Positions 52,590 through 62,910 of a stretch of 64,000 bases of DNA are shown in pieces. The notes beneath the pieces were generated by a model that had not been told where the DNA came from, did no database searches, and worked only from the letters and a program-made list of their open reading frames with translations. A program made the position numbers and the translations under genes. The number at the start of each line of letters is the position of its first letter. The first letter of the stretch is position 1. The stretch is from Cyanidioschyzon merolae (Eukaryota): NCBI GenBank assembly GCA_000091205.1, contig AP006496.2; one strand, given 5' to 3'.

Positions 52590-54149
52590 CTAGCAGCATT
52601 CTGCAGCATCAATCGCTGCACTCGTACTCCCAGAAGTGACCGTTTCATCGCCTCGCTCACACAACGAGCATCTGGGCTGCTGCTGCTGCTGCTGCGGCGG
52701 CGGCGGCGGCGGCGGCGGCGAGCTCTTTGCGAACAGAATCGACATCATCCCTTTCCGCTTCCAATAAAGAATCCCCATCATCAAAAATCCAGCACCGAGG
52801 ACCAGCGAGACGGCAACGACGACAAACCACGGCCAGGAGGGAGCCGTTTCCTCATAGGCTGGAATCGCAATGTTCATTCCGAAAAAATCCGCCGGAATCA
52901 GCATTATCAGGATCGTACAGAACCACAGATGACAGCTGATGTTCACTGTCCATAGCCGAGTCTGTTTCGCTGCGAGCGCAATCACTGTCAGTTCTTCAAT
53001 GTTGTGCAGCTGCTTCCGCAAGGCAGCTGCAGACATTTCATGATCATGGCACTGCCATAGCGCCCATTCAATCAGCGTGTAGACGCTCTCTTGAGTCGAG
53101 GCAAATGATGCCCGCATCCCAGCGTCATCGCCGGGGATGCACTCTCCGACCCAGGCTGCGACGGTTTCCGCAATACCGTCGTCGAGGCTCTCCTCCAGGC
53201 AGACACGGAGGTTCCGGGCTCGCAGCGCTACGAGTGCCACTTGTCGTGCTGCGCCTTGTAAAAGCCGCGGAGCCGCGGACTTTTCCACGGTATTGATGTG
53301 CAGTTGGCCGTGCTGCAGCTGCTGTTTGATCCACTGCAGCTTGCGCTCATTCGACTGAACGCAGGTATGGAGCATCGCTGCAAGGGCACGAAATCCAAAC
53401 GCCTCTCCTGGATCTGTTTCTGGCCCCGTGAGCCGACCAGACACCATTCGATGCAGGATGCGAGCATGCTCGCAGTCGAAATCCTGTATCAGCAGGCGTT
53501 CGGGTTCCAGAACAGCGCAGAGATGACGATGAAGCGCTGCGATGATCATACGGGGTCGAACTCGAATGGTCGGCTGCATCTGGTACACCGGCATGAAAAG
53601 TCGACGATCCACCGAATGGATGAAGATGTTTCGAATCTCTGCGCCTGATGCGCTCGAGTTTGAGTGGGGTATCCGCGTCGTCGTCCTCTTCGTCTTTGCC
53701 GTCGCTGAAGCTATACAGCATTCGTCATTGCGACATGGATCTTTTGAGCTGTACGCTGAGCACGAAAGCGTTTCGTAATGTTCGCGCGCGCCTTGCTTGC
53801 TTTCGACTCGACCGGCTCGAGGAACGCGATGCTCCGCGAACATACACAGACCGGCGCACGGCTGCGTCTCGCAGTAACATGTTCGCGACCAGATGACCTG
53901 TCCCTGATAGCCCGACGCTCTGTATTCGTGAAATCGATAGTTGAGCACGAGCAGTGCCTCCTGGCCGACGGCAGAGAGCCCCGAAACTCCGCCAGGGAAA
54001 GCGCCGGCACTCGCGAGCGTCTCGACGGAGCTGGCGAGTCGACTCGCTGGATTCTGCGCTATGCTCCGCAGAGGCCCAGACTCGAGACCATCGAAGATCG
54101 TTTTCCGCGGCTTGTTCTCTGACGCTGCAGTGAACCGCCGCTGAGGCAT
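52590..54149 (-). CDS. CorA/MRS2-family Mg2+ transporter
   Basis: C-terminal two-TM core with the diagnostic GMN motif: LWFCTILIMLIPADFFGMNIAIPAYEE...WPWFVVVAVSLVLGAGFLMMGILYWKRK, followed by a P/Q-rich tail. Full ORF from true ATG at 54149. The first about 185 aa are Cys/Ser-rich and could be a presequence or non-coding, with an alternative in-frame ATG at 53594. Confidence 0.65.
   Translation of the reverse strand: MPQRRFTAASENKPRKTIFDGLESGPLRSIAQNPASRLASSVETLASAGAFPGGVSGLSAVGQEALLVLNYRFHEYRASGYQGQVIWSRTCYCETQPCAGLCMFAEHRVPRAGRVESKQGAREHYETLSCSAYSSKDPCRNDECCIASATAKTKRTTTRIPHSNSSASGAEIRNIFIHSVDRRLFMPVYQMQPTIRVRPRMIIAALHRHLCAVLEPERLLIQDFDCEHARILHRMVSGRLTGPETDPGEAFGFRALAAMLHTCVQSNERKLQWIKQQLQHGQLHINTVEKSAAPRLLQGAARQVALVALRARNLRVCLEESLDDGIAETVAAWVGECIPGDDAGMRASFASTQESVYTLIEWALWQCHDHEMSAAALRKQLHNIEELTVIALAAKQTRLWTVNISCHLWFCTILIMLIPADFFGMNIAIPAYEETAPSWPWFVVVAVSLVLGAGFLMMGILYWKRKGMMSILFAKSSPPPPPPPPQQQQQQPRCSLCERGDETVTSGSTSAAIDAAECC
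52675..52721. repeat. (GCT)n(GCG)n compound trinucleotide repeat encoding the poly-P/poly-Q tail of the CorA-like protein
   Basis: gctgctgctgctgctgcggcggcggcggcggcggcggcg read directly. Confidence 0.85.
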
Positions 54150-54534
54150 ACTGTGGCGAAAGTCTTCAGCGAGCCTGCTTTCTACGGCGACTCACACTTG
54201 CAGTCCTTGACTCGTGCAACAACTGGTGCGTATCAAAGTGCCAAAATGATGAGTCAAAGAAAAAGACCTTCAAACACCAGGAAACGCCTTATTGGTAAAC
54301 AGAAAAGTCTTTTACCAAGAAAGGAACGAGTGTCGAGTGGATGGACGGATTGCAGCCCCACATTGTTGCCCGAGCATGCGCCGGTGCTGCAGGCGACAGC
54401 GCCGTACCTCGGGTCGCCTCTCAGGTTCTTAGAGTCTTTCATTTGAATCGTGTTTCAATCCTCAAGTAAGTGTAATCAAGTGATTTTTCAGGGTTTGTAG
54501 CTGGAGCATTCAGAGTGTGTTCTTTTTAAAAAAT

Positions 54535-54990
54535 AAACTTACGGGAATGGAAGTGAAGGATCCTGGAGGCCGTCATCGCCGGATGCCAGAGAAAAAGGAC
54601 GAAAATTTCGATCTTCTCGCCGACCATCGAGGGAGAAGTGCAAGTGACGAAGAAGAAGAAGAACAGGGTAGGTAGATGACAAAAGATGTTTGTCCGACAG
54701 GATGATGACGAGACTGTAGTCGAATAGAGGCCACGAGTTCTGGCAATCCTTGCGATGGTGAGTTCAACCAGAGGCAATGCACGCATGGAGATCGTGAACT
54801 TTGACTTTAACGCCACCATCAATACCAGACGATGTGTGGTGCTGAAGACGACTGCTGACGATATGAGGCCATCTATGTTTGTTGGGAAACCTCTCAGATG
54901 CGAAGTGTGCTAGGAGAAACTGAAAACGGCTGCAGGCGGCCAGTCAAAAAAGGCCGGGAGGCGTCTGAGAGGGAGTATATTTCTTTACAC
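54535..54990 (+). mobile_element. Family-1 (Fanzor1-like) 3-prime-terminal fragment, degraded: C-terminal coding remnant plus conserved 3-prime tail
   Basis: The frame containing ...AILAMVSSTRGNARMEIVNFDFNATINTRRCVVL...stop (54911-54913) aligns with the intact copy [34 protein letters not shown]. An upstream in-frame stop and frame changes are present (VIAGCQRKR versus ELGCTLQRV; RMPEKKDEN versus [10 protein letters not shown]). The tail ggaaacctctcagatgcgaagtgtgctaggagaaactgaaaacgg...ggcggccagtcaaaaaaggccgggaggcgtctgagagggag matches 38640-38745 of the intact element. AT-richer than the flanks. Confidence 0.55.
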
Positions 54991-56223
54991 TCTATGGATC
55001 TACAGTTTTTTCGTTTCATTGAACACAAGGGTGCTTTTCCTTTTGATGGACAGAACGCTCAACATGACCAGGGACGCTGTATTGCGGTATGGATTCGGGT
55101 AACCGGTAATGCATCTGTCGGTCCATACCCTTGGTTCAAGTTCTGGAAGCCACTCTTCGTACTTCCCCACGACGATACTGGTCATTCCGTACGTTCCATC
55201 GTGCGACGTTTCTCCTATGAGTTTTCGCAATAGTGCTTTTACAGTGCTGTTGCCAGCGCTGAATGTCCTCTGGCTGCCGGGGTGCTCGGATCACCGTCCA
55301 GGGTGTTGTCGGTCGCACCGCGATGCCACTTGGGGAGCCACTCGGCATGCGCTTGGCGCGCTTCTGTTGTCCCTGCTTCTAAGGTCTTCGGTGACCTCGG
55401 CATCCAACGAGCGCCTTGACTACACCACGCTCTAGTCGTCGGGATGTAACCTGAAGCAGCATCGTACGCGGAAGAGGTGAGGTTTACGTCCAGTGAACCG
55501 CGAGCATTTGCATATGCCCAGGGTGGGTGCCTCGACGCATCGACCCAGCGCCATCGACACGTGTGTGCTGTGTGTGTGTGTGTAGCACACGAGGATCTAA
55601 AGCGTTAAACGAATGCCGCAGTTCTTCGCTGAAGAAGCACCACATACGCGACGTATTAAGCATGAGGCTCCCATCGACACGGGTGCTTTTGCGTTACGGT
55701 GGCACCCAGCCCGGCATAGCGTTAGCGCAACGACACTGTCGCTCCGTTTCGAAAATACGTATGGTTTGTGGCAGTGGGTGGGCCCTGAAGATATGGTGCG
55801 GGAACCGCGGACGCTCTCCCGAAGGTCGATGACAACTGCGCAGTCGGGGATCCGCGGACTCGGGCAAACCTTCCGTCCATGAAGAGAAACAGGCGCAACG
55901 CCCAATCGGGCCGCATCGTGTCTCAACCGCAAGCTTCTGGTGCACTTCAGCTGCGCCCAGTTCGCATTTGCTGGGACTCGATAGGTGTTGGTATTCGACG
56001 GGTCGTACTGAGCAACGACATCGAGTCGCCATACAGGGCACTGCCAGCGTTTTCGTAGTTGCTGTCCCATTCAGGAGTTTATACGCGGCAAAACGCGCGC
56101 TTCGGACTCGGCACCGGCAAGTCGTCGCTACCACCGGGCGTCTTGCCGAGAAACTGGGCTTGGCATCGATTTCGCTGCAGTGAGTGGCCTTTATAAAAGT
56201 ATTCTTACATAGTACTGGTGCAC

Positions 56224-56682
56224 ATGTGGCGAACTGTACTGGTGCGTGGAAGCACAGGCGCGCTGGTGTGGCGCGCCGTCACCCCGTCGTTGCCCGGGCT
56301 CGTGCCGAGCACCCCGCACTTGACCACGCCTTTGCCGCTGTTGGGGCGAAGCTTTGCAACCGACGCCCTCGCACTCAAAGACGGGTTGATTCGGTATCGA
56401 ATGCACTATCCCGACGGACAGGTACCGCCCAAGGTTGACCGGAACCTTGTGAGGTCCAAGTGGCACTCCGACGCCATGGAGCTCATCGAGCAGGTTCCGC
56501 CGCTTGTCGTCGAACGCGAGGTCATCGCATGCAACGGTGGACCCAACGTTGCCATGGGTCATCCCATCGAATACATTCGTGTGGATGCTGCGGATCCAGC
56601 ACCCAGCGTGTGCAAGTACTGCGGTTTGCGCTACATCCATCGGCACGCTGCCACCGCAGAGGCTGGATCCGAGCATCCCTAA
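56224..56682 (+). CDS. NDUFS6: NADH dehydrogenase [ubiquinone] iron-sulfur protein 6 (complex I 13-kDa zinc-binding subunit)
   Basis: C-terminal ELIEQVPPLVVEREVIACNGGPNVAMGHPIEYIRVDAADPAPSVCKYCGLRYIHRH matches the NDUFS6 zinc-finger domain (IAEQPPIEV.GR.VACDGG...GHPKVYINLDK....CGYCGLQF..HHH). N-terminal MWRTVLVRGSTGALVWRAV... looks like a mitochondrial presequence. The track ORF starts at GTG 56218. First ATG at 56224. Confidence 0.75.
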   Translation: MWRTVLVRGSTGALVWRAVTPSLPGLVPSTPHLTTPLPLLGRSFATDALALKDGLIRYRMHYPDGQVPPKVDRNLVRSKWHSDAMELIEQVPPLVVEREVIACNGGPNVAMGHPIEYIRVDAADPAPSVCKYCGLRYIHRHAATAEAGSEHP

Positions 56683-56906
56683 AGTCTGCTTCCGGTAGCG
56701 GGAAAGCAGACCGGGAATCCTGTACTGGCTGGCACCGGTTTTTCACATACGATGGGTGCGTACTGCTCATGAACCTGCGTGGAAGCTCCAACTCGGACGG
56801 TTCACTCGGCAACGCCTATCGCAAACGCTCGACTGGAAAATTCGGCACGCTCTTGTCCGTTGCTGCGGTTGCTCCCTGAAACACACAGGCATCTCAATGA
56901 TAGCTT

Positions 56907-57608
56907 TTACGTTTGTCTGGGCTCGCTCGCTACAGTCTCTGAATCCGGAGCGGATGAGGAGTGCATGCGAACAGTGAACACCGCACTCGGTGGTGCCGGC
57001 TCGCAGACGCCCTGCACCGTACACGGGTGTCCAAGCTGGGCGAGAAAGCCCCGAATAAGGCCGGCTGGAAACACACAGTACCAGGATGGTGCTCCTACGC
57101 TCTCGGGAAGTTCCTGCACATGGCGAAGCCAGCGAAAGCTCGCATCGAAAATCACGTAAACGCCACGGTGGTTTGTTTTCAGGCTGTCCACTTGTTTGCC
57201 GAAAACAGTTCGCCACAGGTCACGACAAAGTACTTTCAAGGCATCGAGCTCTGAGACGGGGTTTCCAGCGAGGGCCCCGACCCTTGGCACTCGGGGGCCA
57301 AGTCGCTCGCCGACGTAGAAGCCGGCCTCCTCGACTCGAGCGAGCGCCAGGGTCTCGGTTGTGAGTGCTTCAGTGCCCTGGTCGTTCTCGCTTGTCGTGT
57401 GGAGGTGCTGAGGTTTTCGTGGTCGCTGCCACAGCGGTGCTGGTACCGACCCGTGGCGCACTGGTGCGTCCGGTTTTCCAAAACCCGCTGCTGAAGCAGG
57501 CAACAGCGATGCGGTATTTTCGGCAACCAGTTCCATAAGAAGAAAGTCTAGCACGGCCGAGTCGAGCAGCACTACTGGTGCGCCCTCACTCGTGGCCTGA
57601 GCGTTCAT
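56907..57608 (-). CDS. TRAPPC6: TRAPP complex Bet3-family subunit, TRAPPC6/Trs33-like
   Basis: SELDALKVLCRDLWRTVFGKQVDSLKTNHRGVYVIFDASFRWL aligns closely with human TRAPPC6A EELDVLKFLCKDLWVAVFQKQMDSLRTNHQGTYVLQDNSFPLL. Downstream GLIRGFLAQLG versus GLLRGALYTLG. N-terminal LDFLLMELV versus FEFLHTEMV. Contains a lineage-specific insertion after the first helix. Confidence 0.75.
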   Translation of the reverse strand: MNAQATSEGAPVVLLDSAVLDFLLMELVAENTASLLPASAAGFGKPDAPVRHGSVPAPLWQRPRKPQHLHTTSENDQGTEALTTETLALARVEEAGFYVGERLGPRVPRVGALAGNPVSELDALKVLCRDLWRTVFGKQVDSLKTNHRGVYVIFDASFRWLRHVQELPESVGAPSWYCVFPAGLIRGFLAQLGHPCTVQGVCEPAPPSAVFTVRMHSSSAPDSETVASEPRQT

Positions 57609-58389
57609 CCTCGCTCTTGTCGAAGAACGCAGCAGACGCGCTGGTACACACCGGGTGCCCCTGAGAGCACCTACGCCTTCAAGCGGTTACACGAAGTAAG
57701 CCAGGAGTGTGTTCGTCGGGAAAAACGCACAGACATCTGCACTGCACCCAGGTTGTCTGAGAGGTACCTGGTTGCTGCGTAGCGCCCTTTCCACAGTCAC
57801 AAGAGCGGCTTGCCGCCTGCCGTCGCGACCAGCCATAGCGGGATAGGTGGCTGCTCAGATGCATCGGTGCCGTTTCCCTGCTCGAAACAGGATCGATAAC
57901 CAGAGAAGCGACTAGCGTTCGTTCGTGATCCCTTTCGCATTCCAATAGCTCCAGACCGGTTTTAGGCCTTGCGATAGAGCTTTGATCGATCCGGCGACTT
58001 TTTCTTGTTGCCAGTCTTCTGAGGATGCTCGTGGCGGTGCTGGATGTATCGTTGCCCAAGTTGCTGTAGAGAGCGCGCACGCGCGGGTACGTGGTACCTC
58101 TAGGGGCATCGATTCGAGATGCGCTGGTGATGCCCTCGATCAGCTGTGTTTCCCTCTTGGGAAGTGCATTTGTAAAGTTGGCCGGATTCCAACGCGTTCC
58201 ACGGGCTCCTGCGTCGCGATCAAAGTGCCGTAGATACGTTGAACCTCAGCAGTAGCAATGATAACAACACGCTGCATTCGAAGAGGTGAGCAACGCACCC
58301 AGGTTTTGGATGCGCAGCACAAGTGCTCGTTCCGATTCCATGGTATCGGGGCTTTGACGAAAGCTATCCCTTGGAACAAAGAGTCTTGA

Positions 58390-59580
58390 CCCGGCGATGC
58401 CGAGATACATCCTCATTTGTCTGTGACGCAGTCCTGAAACCTTACTGGTATTCGCTGCCACCGGTTACCTACAGGCAGCGTTTGGCACTAGCAGACGCAG
58501 CCGCGGATGCACCCACCCTGCAAATATGATCTTTTTTTGACTGGCAGAACGTTTATAGGAACTGGGTGTCCGATTGTGCGATGTGGATCGGCAGCACAGA
58601 TGCAAACATCGTAGAGAGCGGCGACTTGGACGAGGCGCACTCTTCGACGAACGGTGAACAGGTGCGTGCAACAGCCATCTCACTACACTGTAAGAAAGAA
58701 ACGCACCAGGTGGAGTAACTTGGATGTAAAGAATAATGTATGGGTCTCTTTCCAAAGTCGTGAACAGCAGCCTGTTCGGAATTTTCGTGCGACTGTTTCG
58801 CTTTCCGGTCTGCGATATCCGATTTTTACTACGGGGTCTCTCCTTTCCTTCCAGCTCTGTTGCTCGCAGTCAAAGAATACTGATTTCAGCGTTAGGGTCC
58901 CGACTTCACTGCTTCGAGGTGTGGTCGACGCATATTGTCCCCAGTCGGAAGCTTCAATCTAAGCTTCAGCTGCCGTTTCGGTCCTCTGCCGTAGACAGCG
59001 ACGGTGCGCTCTTCGCATCGATAACCCTTGACTGTGCTTAGGGGTTGTTGTTCGTGCACCGCAACCACTCTTTCGACGGGGTCACCCTGGAGAATCCCGT
59101 GATCGTGGAATACTGTACCATGTGCGAAACGAAGCATGGCATCGAGACGAGCCTTGTGTACCCATCAACCGCATGCACCGAGCGATGCAGCAAGCGTTCA
59201 GGCGTCATAGACCGGACCTCGGACGCCGAGAAGCGGTGAACATACCCGACAATCTGACCATAGTCAAGTGTCACCGAGGCAAAATGCGCACCGATCAGTC
59301 TACAAATAAGATAAGAATGGCAAGCGAAGCGCACATTCCAACGACCACCTATGCATACCCTGTGTTGACAACAGCCAGAATTAGGGAAATCGCGACTTTC
59401 ATGCTATCATCAGCATCTTTTTCTGCGTATAACAATGCTGGGGCCAAGGAGAAACCTGCGAAATGAAAGCCGGAGTTAAGACAAAGGACAAGGGAGCATT
59501 CGCAGAACTTGCCCACAAATGCTTGTGCTGGTTACACGTAGAAAAGACCCAAACTTTAGTGTATACCCCGAGTTAGCCAG
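58390..59580 (+). mobile_element. Family-2 compact TnpB-like element, decayed copy D, about 1.2 kb
   Basis: Collinear with copies A, C and E. Examples: ggagtaacttggatgtaaagaataatgtatgggtctctttccaaagtcg versus A ggaacttggcaggtcgaataatcgatgctgtcgaaaaacaaattctcc; zinc-finger remnant DNLTIVKCHRGKMRTDQ; RuvC-III-like NRDFHAIISI with Asp retained (about 59385-59415). 3-prime tail aaagacccaaactttagtgtataccccgag versus E aagagatttaaattttagactatacgcccg. Confidence 0.5.
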
Positions 59581-59890
59581 GCATCCCTGTTTCGGTCTTG
59601 TCTGACATGGATGTAGTATTCTGGAGTATCTACGCTCTGAATCCGAGCAGAGCGTTGCAAACTGTCAAACGAAAAAAATGTCGCCGTGTCAGAGCGCAAC
59701 CCCTGCCGGGGCGCGTGTCTCGCAGAGAGGGCGGCGCGAGCGCACTGCTTCCATTGGCGTGGCGTTTTCTCTACCACGTGTCTGAGCGCTTGCACGCACT
59801 GCATCCACCCTGCACTTTGCTGCACTTGTAGTGCTCGTTTTTCTTCGAATTGCAATGCGCTTTCTTTGTCCAAATAAGCTCTCGTTGCAA

Positions 59891-60637
59891 ATGCGCGATT
59901 GGACGGTACTATTACTGGTGTCGGTGACGCTCACACTGCTCCACTACGGTGCCGTCGCGCCGGCTACCGCAGCTGCAGTTGACCTCCGCTTTCTGCCCGC
60001 TGGAGACTTGGAAATAGCTGCGGCAAAGGAGCTCCTTTTTCCAGTGGATCGCGTTTCTCTAAACATAACGAGTTTCGACTCTGCCTTGCTACAAGAGGTC
60101 AATAAAACCTGGGTGAACACCACGCGGCACTTGAGCGAGAGCGGGGGAGCGAACGCCAGCCACCCCATCGACCACGTTGCGCAGGGGTTGTGTTTCACGC
60201 GTATTCTTCAAGAGGCCGCCGATCGTGTCGTATTGGCCGTGGAAGCGCAGTGCACACCGGTAGACGTTCAGGACGGAAACTGCAGCGATGTGGTGCAGGG
60301 AGCTGCTGATCGAGCTCTCCTTGATCGCGGCTGGACAAGTCCGGCTATCGAAGTGCTGTCTGAGGCGTCGCAGCTCCCGTTCCATTTGGACTCTCTGAAC
60401 TCGACTGGATCCGGTGGGGTTGGTCCTGGCGACTACGACATTCTGATTGGCATCGCCAAGCTAGTTGCTGAGCGCATCAAACCAGAAGTAGAGCGCGCGG
60501 CCGCGCTGTTTCATAGCGATGGCCTGGCAGGCATCAGCAGCGCGCTGCAGCCAGTTGCAGGGAACTCTTCCGCAACGAACCTTTACATAATCATATTCTT
60601 TGGGAAGGATAGCACCCAGCACTGCCTTGGAACCTAA
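59891..60637 (+). CDS. Hypothetical secreted protein (signal peptide, N-glycosylation-type sequons)
   Basis: The in-frame ATG at 59891 gives MRDWTVLLLVSVTLTLLHYGAVAPATAAA, a classic signal peptide. Several N-x-S/T sites follow (NITS, NKTW, NTTR, NAS, NCS, NSTG). No family recognised. Confidence 0.35.
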   Translation: MRDWTVLLLVSVTLTLLHYGAVAPATAAAVDLRFLPAGDLEIAAAKELLFPVDRVSLNITSFDSALLQEVNKTWVNTTRHLSESGGANASHPIDHVAQGLCFTRILQEAADRVVLAVEAQCTPVDVQDGNCSDVVQGAADRALLDRGWTSPAIEVLSEASQLPFHLDSLNSTGSGGVGPGDYDILIGIAKLVAERIKPEVERAAALFHSDGLAGISSALQPVAGNSSATNLYIIIFFGKDSTQHCLGT

Positions 60638-61109
60638 TCTGCGGCGCGTTCAGGTCTTGGAACAGGACGACGACTGCACACGGCGTGCGCCTGCAGAGCG
60701 AAAGCTGTCAGGCTGCAGGCAGCAAGGGCCATGCGGCTGCATGAATCGTGGCGCCAGCGGGGACCAGGTTACGATGTTCCGCGACACCGAGGCGCAGCAG
60801 CGAAGCATAATCGTGTGACAGGCGGTGATGCATACATGACGCTGCTCGAGCATTGCTTTCAGCGATAGCATGAAGGTGGCCCCATCGTGACTGGATATGC
60901 GCGCGCTCGCCGATGCGTACACAGTGGGCAAATAGGCAATGTAAAGGTGAACCGGAAAGACTCTTCTTGAAGTTAGCCAACAAGGAACGCGCCGATTTCC
61001 CATCGAGCATCCGCCACGTGCTGGCCTACGCGCTCCAGGAAAGTTCAAAAGGCATCCCTGGTGCCGATCGCATCATCGATCCCAAGGAGGCTCCGGTTGC
61101 GAGCGTTTC

Positions 61110-61628
61110 TCATGAGTGTTCTTCCTCGGGGGGCAGGTGGACAGTCGTGAAAGCCTCACCGTCAAAGTCCTCGCGGGTCGTGGCGGTGGCGGTGCGTTCC
61201 ACGTGTTTCAGCTCGACGGGATACGGCACGATCGACGGGATTCCTCGGGTCACCTCCGCATCGGGACGCGGAATATGGACCGGTATACCAATATCCGCGT
61301 CACACTCTTGAATATAGACGCGAACCAGCCCGATGCCGCTAGAGCAACGCAGATGGATCGGCAGATGCGTCTCTGTCTCGGTATCTGCGGGAACACTGGG
61401 GAACTGCGCGTCCGCCACGGGGTCGTAGGGCGGAAGCCCCCGGATTTCTCGGAACCAGTTACCTTGTTCTGTCGCTGGTACGATGACTGGACCAGGGCCC
61501 AGCGGTCCCGATAAGCGAACTCGAACGGTGAGCTCTCTCACGATCCCCCGAGGTTCGTGGCGCAGGATCAAGTCTATCGTTCGCTTGCCTGGAGCCAGGA
61601 GCAGCCGGGGCAACCTCAGCATAAGCAC
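61110..61628 (-). CDS. Hypothetical protein (172 aa)
   Basis: Unassigned ORF MLMLRLPRLLLAPGKRTIDLILRHEPRGIVRELTVRVRLSG...VRVYIQECDADIGIPVHIP...; no family recognised. Coding status uncertain. Confidence 0.25.
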   Translation of the reverse strand: MLMLRLPRLLLAPGKRTIDLILRHEPRGIVRELTVRVRLSGPLGPGPVIVPATEQGNWFREIRGLPPYDPVADAQFPSVPADTETETHLPIHLRCSSGIGLVRVYIQECDADIGIPVHIPRPDAEVTRGIPSIVPYPVELKHVERTATATTREDFDGEAFTTVHLPPEEEHS

Positions 61629-62149
61629 TTGTGCAATCGGTTGCGTCGCTCAGTCTACGCCCCTTATGCGTAGCTGAAGAACGGGTAGCGCAGACAGCCC
61701 AGCGTCTGTACGTAGCCGGATACTGGAGCGTGCACGAGGCAGCGGCAACGACCTCGCCGGGTCACCGGTTGAGGTTACGGCCTTGCGTGGACCGCTGACT
61801 CAGTGCAGGCAACTCTAAGAGAGCCGTGAATAGAGTTCCCCGAAGCAAACTATAGTCCAAGGCAAGTCAACGTCAATGCGAACACAAGAGCGGGACACTT
61901 GACGCGCGTTCACGGGATAACGCTTTCAGCACAGAGAGCAGTGCAAGTTCTGTCGCGGAAGCGCCGTGCGTCGAGTAGCTCGCACCAGCCGCACTGGAAA
62001 CGTCGCTCGAGTGTACTGTATCCAGTCGCTGCCGCTTCTTCGAGTTGTCCTATTCAGATGCGCCTTTTCCAAATGTCTAAAGTCTGGGATGCGTAGGTAC
62101 CAATGGCTGTGAGCGCTTCAGCACACGGGACAAGTGCAGTGCCATTCAC

Positions 62150-62565
62150 TGATCTCAGACCGGAGAAGAATATCTTATCATCCAGGATCGAGCATTGAGT
62201 GCACTTTTGATTACACAAGGAGCAATCGTGTAGCATTCACGGATTACATACCGCAATGCGTCTCCTTGCATATATCGTTCATCGGTAGAAGAATATCTTA
62301 TCATCCAGGATCGATCATTGAGTGCACTTTTGATTACACAAGGAGCAATCGTGTAGCATTCACGGATCACATATCGCAATGCGTCTCCTTGCATACATCG
62401 TTCATCGGTAGAAGAATATCTTATGATCCAGGATCGATCATTGAGTGCACTTTTGATTACACAAGGAGCAATCGTGTAGCATTCACGGATCACATACCGC
62501 AATGCGTCTCCTTGCATACATCGTTCATCGGTAGAAGAATATCTTATCATCCAGGATCGAGCATT
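62150..62565. repeat. Tandem repeat: 123-bp unit x about 3.4, about 350 bp upstream of the LL-DAP aminotransferase gene
   Basis: The unit gaagaatatcttatcatccaggatcgagcattgagtgcacttttgattacacaaggagcaatcgtgtagcattcacggattacataccgcaatgcgtctccttgcatatatcgttcatcggta restarts at 62165, 62288, 62411 and 62534. Because 123 = 41 codons, the track ORFs on both strands here (62134-62688, 62155-62550) are artefacts. Confidence 0.85.
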
Positions 62566-62910
62566 CCGTACTCAAGCGCCGTGTTCCCATGCCGCAGCGC
62601 GAAATGGCGTCGCTGCAGCGATCCGTCGGCGGGGCGCCCTTATAGCTGGATGAGCGCGCGCGGCCCGTCGTCGCGGACGTCTTGGTAATGCGGAGCGTTT
62701 CTCAGCGTTCTGTTGTGGAACAAGCAGGCACCTGTATCGGAACTTGTCATGTACGTAAACTCCTTATGTGGAAGCGGTTGGCTCCAGAAAGCATCGTTCT
62801 TAGGTAATAGGTCTCAAGATGCTGGAGCGAGCTTCCACCAAGTGGGTGTGTGCCGGGTAGCGCGACACGCCAACTGCCGCGCTTCGTCGCCGCTGCGGCG
62901 TTTCCTCGCC

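Noticed and set aside
61116-61514. ApaG/DUF525 assignment for the 61110-61628 ORF (either strand).
   Set aside because: Motif order and spacing did not match the ApaG consensus when checked by eye. Left as hypothetical.
62134-62688. ORFs 62134-62688 (+) and 62155-62550 (-) with internally repeated peptides.
   Set aside because: Same artefact: a 123-bp (41-codon) tandem repeat.
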